A DNA stretch of 20,989 bases from an uncultured bacterium (lineage in GTDB: Bacteria > Cyanobacteriota > Cyanobacteriia > Cyanobacteriales > Aerosakkonemataceae): NCBI GenBank assembly GCA_964463555.1, contig CAYXCW010000132.1, positions 1 to 20,989 on the forward strand, given 5' to 3'. Shown here piece after piece: positions 17,222 through 20,989 of this stretch; the stretch's first letter is position 1, and the number at the start of each line of letters is the position of its first letter. The notes beneath the pieces were generated by a model that was given only the letters and a program-made list of their open reading frames with translations, made no database searches and was not told the origin of the DNA. The position numbers and the translations under genes are program-made.

Positions 17222-18268
17222 TCATGACTTATATTGTATGTTATTAACTGCAACTGGGATGCCGCCTTGATTGAGAGATGCGGTTAAAGCGGTAAGAATT
17301 TCCACGAGTTGAGTGCCGATCCAACCCGAGGAAATCGAGTCAGGTTTATTTTGAATCACGCTGGAGAGGAAGCGATCGCAAACTTTTTTCAATGGTTCTG
17401 TTGGTTCTAGCTTTAACACTTTGCAGCGTTGATTAATGGGAATAAATAGCTCGTCTTTAACTGCAAAATTTCCATATTGAATTGTTAAAGGAGCATCAAC
17501 AGACATTTCGTCAAAAATTAACGTGCCGTTGCTTCCTACTACTGCTAAACGCCGCTGTTTATCGGGATTGAGCCAACAGAGGTGAATTGTAGCTTGAAAC
17601 CCGCTTTTGTAAGTCAGATTAACCCAAACTAAATCGTGTAAATTTTGGATGGGAGGATGGCTTTGATTTTGTTGCAACCAAACTCTACCTGTAGCTTGCA
17701 CTTGGATCGGAATTTCACCCAGCCAAGTGTTGAAAATGGCGATATCGTGAATCGCTAAATCCCACAAAGCATCAACATCGTAGCGCACGGGGCCTAAATT
17801 AGTTCGGGTAGCGTAGCCATAGCGCAAGTCTCCTAATATACCCGTTGCCAAAACAGTTTTGCCTCGCTCTACAGCCGGATGGAATAAATAAGTGTGGTCA
17901 ACGAAGAGTTGGCGCTGCTGTTTTTCGGCTAATCGACACAGTTCGACGCATTCTGTAGGATCTAGGGTTAAAGGTTTTTCGGTGAAAACGTGGTAACCTT
18001 GCTCCAGAGCGTCGGCGATCAAATTGTAATGGGTAGATGCTGGAGTGACGATCGCTACCGCATCGAGTCCGGGTAATTGTCGCACGGTTGCCCAGTCGGT
18101 GGTTAGAACTACAGTATCGTTTAACTCAAAGCGCGATCGCAAATCGGCTAACCGCTCCTCGTTTGAATCTACCACGGCTACCAAAGTTGCTTGGGGATGT
18201 GCCAAAAAATTTCGCACCAAGTGTACTCCCCAACGTCCAGCCCCTAATACAGCGATTTTTATCGTCAT
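17222..18268 (-). CDS. Gfo/Idh/MocA-family NAD(P)-dependent oxidoreductase. The ORF-track start at 18397 is an artefact of reading back through the heptamer array and element C. The true start is the ATG at 18266-18268 (MTIKIAVLGAGRWG...).
   Basis: N-terminal Rossmann motif KIAVLGAGRWG and the family-typical segment EKPLTLDPTECVEL (EKP motif). The upstream track extension encodes only the repeat-derived YQLPITN peptide. Confidence 0.85.
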   Translation of the reverse strand: MTIKIAVLGAGRWGVHLVRNFLAHPQATLVAVVDSNEERLADLRSRFELNDTVVLTTDWATVRQLPGLDAVAIVTPASTHYNLIADALEQGYHVFTEKPLTLDPTECVELCRLAEKQQRQLFVDHTYLFHPAVERGKTVLATGILGDLRYGYATRTNLGPVRYDVDALWDLAIHDIAIFNTWLGEIPIQVQATGRVWLQQNQSHPPIQNLHDLVWVNLTYKSGFQATIHLCWLNPDKQRRLAVVGSNGTLIFDEMSVDAPLTIQYGNFAVKDELFIPINQRCKVLKLEPTEPLKKVCDRFLSSVIQNKPDSISSGWIGTQLVEILTALTASLNQGGIPVAVNNIQYKS

Positions 18269-18326
18269 TGGTAATTGGTAATTGGTAATTGGTAATTGGT
18301 AATTGGTAATTGGTAGTTGGTAATTG
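18268..18326. repeat. (TTGGTAA)x8 tandem heptamer array plus one degenerate unit. It abuts the start codon of the oxidoreductase gene.
   Basis: Read directly. It is the inverted partner of the 18549-18590 array. Confidence 0.9.
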
Positions 18327-18529
18327 ATAATATCATGTCTGTTAGCAATGGTTATGCAAGTGTTTTTAATGCTGTAGGGGCGGGTTTTACCAATCAATTC
18401 TTGGAAAGAAACCGGGTTTCTATGAAAAATCTTTGAGCAAGGAAAGAGATCTACAAAGAAACCCGGTTTCTGGATTCGTTAAACCAGCCCCAGGTTACGC
18501 TAACGATGCCGCCAAACATGATATAATTC
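18327..18529. mobile_element. Copy C of the nested-palindrome element; MITE-like. Terminal inverted repeat ATAATATCATGTC (18327-18339) / ACATGATATAATT (18517-18529). Inside it, GTAGGGGCGGGTTTT (18374-18388) with a degenerate partner AAACCAGCCCC (18481-18491), and AGAAACCGGGTTTCT (18407-18421) / AGAAACCCGGTTTCT (18457-18471).
   Basis: Seen directly. Its module order and terminal inverted repeats match copy B. Its inner spacer matches copy A. It occupies the rnc-to-oxidoreductase intergenic space on the minus strand. Confidence 0.65.
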
Positions 18530-18548
18530 CTAATTGTAAAGGCGATTC

Positions 18549-18590
18549 ATTACCAATTACCAATTACCGATTACCCATTAGCCATTAGCT
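18549..18590. repeat. (ATTACCA ATTACCA ATTACCG ATTACCC ATTAGCC ATTAGCT) heptamer array. It overlaps the 3' end of rnc.
   Basis: Read directly. The last rnc codons (...K-L-M-A-N-G-stop, 18571-18591) are read from the repeat units. Confidence 0.85.
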
Positions 18591-19290
18591 TTACTTGCTC
18601 AAACGCTTGTTTAGCGGCGGCTTGTTCGGCAGCTTTTTTCGATCCTCCAATTCCTTCTCCCCAGGGTTTTCCTAAGATTTTAACCACAGCTGCGAAGGTG
18701 ATGGAAGTTCCTCGCATCGGCTTTAATTCTGTCACTTCGTATTCTGGCAAAACTTTGTAAGCGCTTTGGGTGAATTCCTGAAGTGCGGCTTTATAGTTTC
18801 GCAAAGCTGGATCGGTGCGAATTTGTGCGGCTAAAGTTTGGAAGTGAGTATCTAACCAGGGACGGACTAATTCTAAAGTGTTGGTGCTGAGGAAAAGCGC
18901 GCCCAAGACGCCTTCTAAGGCATCTGCTAAGCGCGATTCTCTTCCGGCAACATCTCCGGCGGCACTTTTATCCATCAGTAGGTATCGTTCTAAGCCGTAA
19001 CTGTCGGCAATTTGCGATAGGGTGCGATCGCTGACCAAATTCGCTCTGATTTCGGAAAACTCCCCTACCGAAGAGTGAGGATAACTTTCCCATAAAAATT
19101 GCGAAGCAGCCAGCCGCACGACTGCATCTCCCACAAATTCCAGCTGTTCGTAGTTTGCTGTGGGGGAGGATGTCGGATGAGTTAGCGCCAAATCCAAAAG
19201 CTGCCACTTGACTTTTGCTATTTCAGGAATTCCGAGTTTTTGAACTAAGACTTCGAGTTGATTTTGGCGACGGGGATATCGGAGATTCAT
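18571..19290 (-). CDS. rnc: Ribonuclease III
   Basis: 239 aa. N-terminal LLDLALTHPTS and the catalytic signature NYEQLEFVGDAVVRL (ERLEFLGDA-type). The C-terminal dsRBD has KILGKPWGEGIGGSKKAAEQAAAKQAFEQV. Confidence 0.9.
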   Translation of the reverse strand: MNLRYPRRQNQLEVLVQKLGIPEIAKVKWQLLDLALTHPTSSPTANYEQLEFVGDAVVRLAASQFLWESYPHSSVGEFSEIRANLVSDRTLSQIADSYGLERYLLMDKSAAGDVAGRESRLADALEGVLGALFLSTNTLELVRPWLDTHFQTLAAQIRTDPALRNYKAALQEFTQSAYKVLPEYEVTELKPMRGTSITFAAVVKILGKPWGEGIGGSKKAAEQAAAKQAFEQVKLMANG

Positions 19291-20560
19291 TGAAGGAAGG
19301 CGGATCTTTAGGTTCCCAAATTGTTTTGGCTACTTCAGTGTACAGCCCCTCGACCTCTGCCATCAGTTCTTGTTGAATTGGTAACAGAGGGGCTTCGTCG
19401 TGCAATCTTTGCTGCAAGTACAGCAACCTTGCCATTGGTTTGCGTAACTTGGTCAGCATTTGTTCGAGTTGTCTGGCGCGACGCAGTTGCAGGACGATAT
19501 CGCCGCTGACTTGAGCCTTTTGCTCTATGATAACCGCCAGCCCCGTTGCGATCGCCATTACTGTTTTACCGTCTTCTTCATTCCAGGCGTTAGGGGTTTT
19601 GCTACCTACGGTGACGACGCCATAAACGCGGCGACGTCCTGGAATCGGTGCCGATATCAGGCTTACCGCTTCCGGCATCAAGATGTCTTTTTGACCAGGT
19701 TGTACCACATTGGCAACGGAGATTAACTTACTTTGATTAAGAGCAATACCACTAGCTCCAACTCCCAAAGATGATAAGCGCTGGTTGCCGTTACTGAACT
19801 TACCATCCAAGGAAAAAATCATGAACTGATCGCCTTGAAAATTGAGCGCGATCGCTGCATTGCTAGCCCCGAAGATCGTCGATAAAATCCGCACCGCGTC
19901 TCGCAATATACAAGGCAACGGCTGATGCTGCAACAAGATGGCTGAAAATTCGTGCAACGTAGAAAGCTGCATCGAACGTCGCTGACTGCCTATTTCTGCT
20001 GCTTCGAGTAGCTGCAACAGACGGTTGTTCATTTCTGCTATATGTGCGTTTTGCTGCATGTAGTTCCGCGTTTGTACTGCCTGATACTCACAACCCGCGA
20101 TTTGTGCAACCAACAGCGATACTTGCTCGACCATTTGTCGATTGTAGAACCACCCCCCGTCCAATTCGGTTGTTGCAGACAATCCGCGATCGCTTTCGAC
20201 TTTGGTTGCTACCATCCCTGCCCAAAAATCGGGGGAATTTACTACTACAAACCTTTCCCGCGATCGCGCCGCTCCCGTTTCTACTGGTATAAATTTTACG
20301 CCTTTAATTGAGGGTGGCTCAATATCAGCGACGCCAAATGCTAAAACTTGCTTGCACGTCGCCCCTAAGCGGGTATATTTTTCCACTTGAGCGGCAAACT
20401 CAGAGAACCGCTCTAAGCCAACAAAAAGATCGACAGCGAGTTGATGGTTGAGTACTTGCTCAATCAGCAAATTACTCATCGCGTTTGCAGCCGTGATGGT
20501 GCTAACGCTGCGCCAATCTTCGTAGTGGCTAGAAATTGAACCAAACAAAGATATATCCAC
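19223..20560 (-). CDS. GAF-domain sensory protein with no recognisable output domain. The N-terminal ~150 aa may be a DICT-like sensory domain; I could not verify this from motifs.
   Basis: 445 aa. GAF-like core around aa 200-360, ending ...RVYGVVTVGSKTPNAWNEEDGKTVMAIATGLAVIIEQ (the typical GAF C-terminal strand-helix). A coiled-coil-like C terminus runs into a low-complexity Ser/Pro tail. That tail overlaps the rnc start by 68 nt in another frame. Confidence 0.7.
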   Translation of the reverse strand: MDISLFGSISSHYEDWRSVSTITAANAMSNLLIEQVLNHQLAVDLFVGLERFSEFAAQVEKYTRLGATCKQVLAFGVADIEPPSIKGVKFIPVETGAARSRERFVVVNSPDFWAGMVATKVESDRGLSATTELDGGWFYNRQMVEQVSLLVAQIAGCEYQAVQTRNYMQQNAHIAEMNNRLLQLLEAAEIGSQRRSMQLSTLHEFSAILLQHQPLPCILRDAVRILSTIFGASNAAIALNFQGDQFMIFSLDGKFSNGNQRLSSLGVGASGIALNQSKLISVANVVQPGQKDILMPEAVSLISAPIPGRRRVYGVVTVGSKTPNAWNEEDGKTVMAIATGLAVIIEQKAQVSGDIVLQLRRARQLEQMLTKLRKPMARLLYLQQRLHDEAPLLPIQQELMAEVEGLYTEVAKTIWEPKDPPSFNESPISPSPKSTRSLSSKTRNS

Positions 20561-20989
20561 AATTATGTCACCCTGATTAATTTTACCCTTGAGGTTTATG
20601 CAAAGTTAGAACCGAGGCTTGCCAGCCTAGCTTTAGGGTAGCAGGACTTAAGTATTTTCTCGCTTCAACCAACAAGCCAGTACGGGTGGTGAAACCCTTC
20701 GCTGGGATCGATCGTATGCTTTTTGGTTTGTTTCCTAAATTTTGAGTTTACTTTCATCCCTGGGGTTGGGATTAGCCAACTGGTTTGATTGTATCGCCAG
20801 GGCTTTCAGTTTACCTTAAATATTTCTTTACATTTTTGTCGGTAACTTTTTTGGCAACTTGTATATTTATTAACAGAAAAATACGCAGACAAGATTAATA
20901 GACTCACATCTTGCACTTACCCGATAAACAGCCTCCAAATAAATTTGGGGCTGAAAGCTTAAGTTAGCTTTAGCTAACTATAATCAAGG

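Noticed and set aside
18269-18397. N-terminal extension of the oxidoreductase ORF (MIGKTRPYSIKN...[18 protein letters not shown])
   Set aside because: The extension is translated from the heptamer array and element C. The canonical Rossmann N terminus MTIKIAVLGAG begins at the ATG at 18266-18268.
16021-18590. Heptamer arrays or the hairpin cluster as a CRISPR array
   Set aside because: The units are 7 bp and contiguous with no spacers. The four hairpins at 5089-5199 differ in sequence and are not regularly spaced. There is no cas gene and no repeat-spacer periodicity.
19223-19290. Possibility that the 68 nt overlap between the GAF-protein gene and rnc reflects a frameshift or sequencing error
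   Set aside because: Both ORFs have plausible termini. The rnc N terminus aligns with the typical about 10 residues before the LxxALTH motif. The GAF protein simply ends in a low-complexity tail. The overlap is kept as genuine, at lower confidence.
20561-20989. AT-rich 430 bp at the right end
   Set aside because: There is no ORF, and no convincing RNA-gene or repeat structure beyond a short TTAGCT/AGCTAA palindrome. It is presumably the promoter and leader of the GAF-sensor gene and intergenic space. Nothing here is supportable from sequence alone.

Overview
Cyanobacterial chromosomal segment. The octamer GCGATCGC (HIP1) recurs throughout, and there are several arrays of a tandem heptamer (GGTAATT / TTGGTAA).

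Genes, in order:
- 3' end of a PEP-CTERM-tailed protein gene.
- The atp2 pair: ATP synthase beta (atpD) and epsilon (atpC).
- A secreted/membrane flotillin-like SPFH protein.
- A Ser/Thr-kinase-like protein with WD40 repeats whose catalytic motifs are degenerate (HGD, GFG).
- A small convergent hypothetical ORF.
- A HAD-family hydrolase.
- A large (1871 aa) HstK-type multidomain sensor: Ser/Thr kinase, P-loop NTPase, helical/TPR-like region, GAF, HisKA and HATPase. A stand-alone receiver (REC) gene and a receiver plus class III nucleotidyl cyclase gene follow it and appear translationally coupled.
- On the minus strand: a TPR exported protein, a Gfo/Idh/MocA oxidoreductase, RNase III (rnc) and a GAF-containing sensory protein.

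No rRNA, tRNA or CRISPR array was seen.

The most unusual content is non-genic. It is a hierarchy of small palindromic repeat families:
- Three copies of a ~200 bp nested-inverted-repeat (MITE-like) element. Two of them sit inside inverted heptamer arrays; an apparently empty version of that heptamer hairpin lies between atpD and atpC.
- A 21 bp hairpin, C7-TTGCCAA-G7, inserted in frame in two different protein-coding genes. In the WD40 gene it is amplified into a ~260 bp array.
- A mirror-symmetric four-hairpin cluster downstream of the flotillin gene.

All functional calls rest on motif recognition by eye. No database searches were run.
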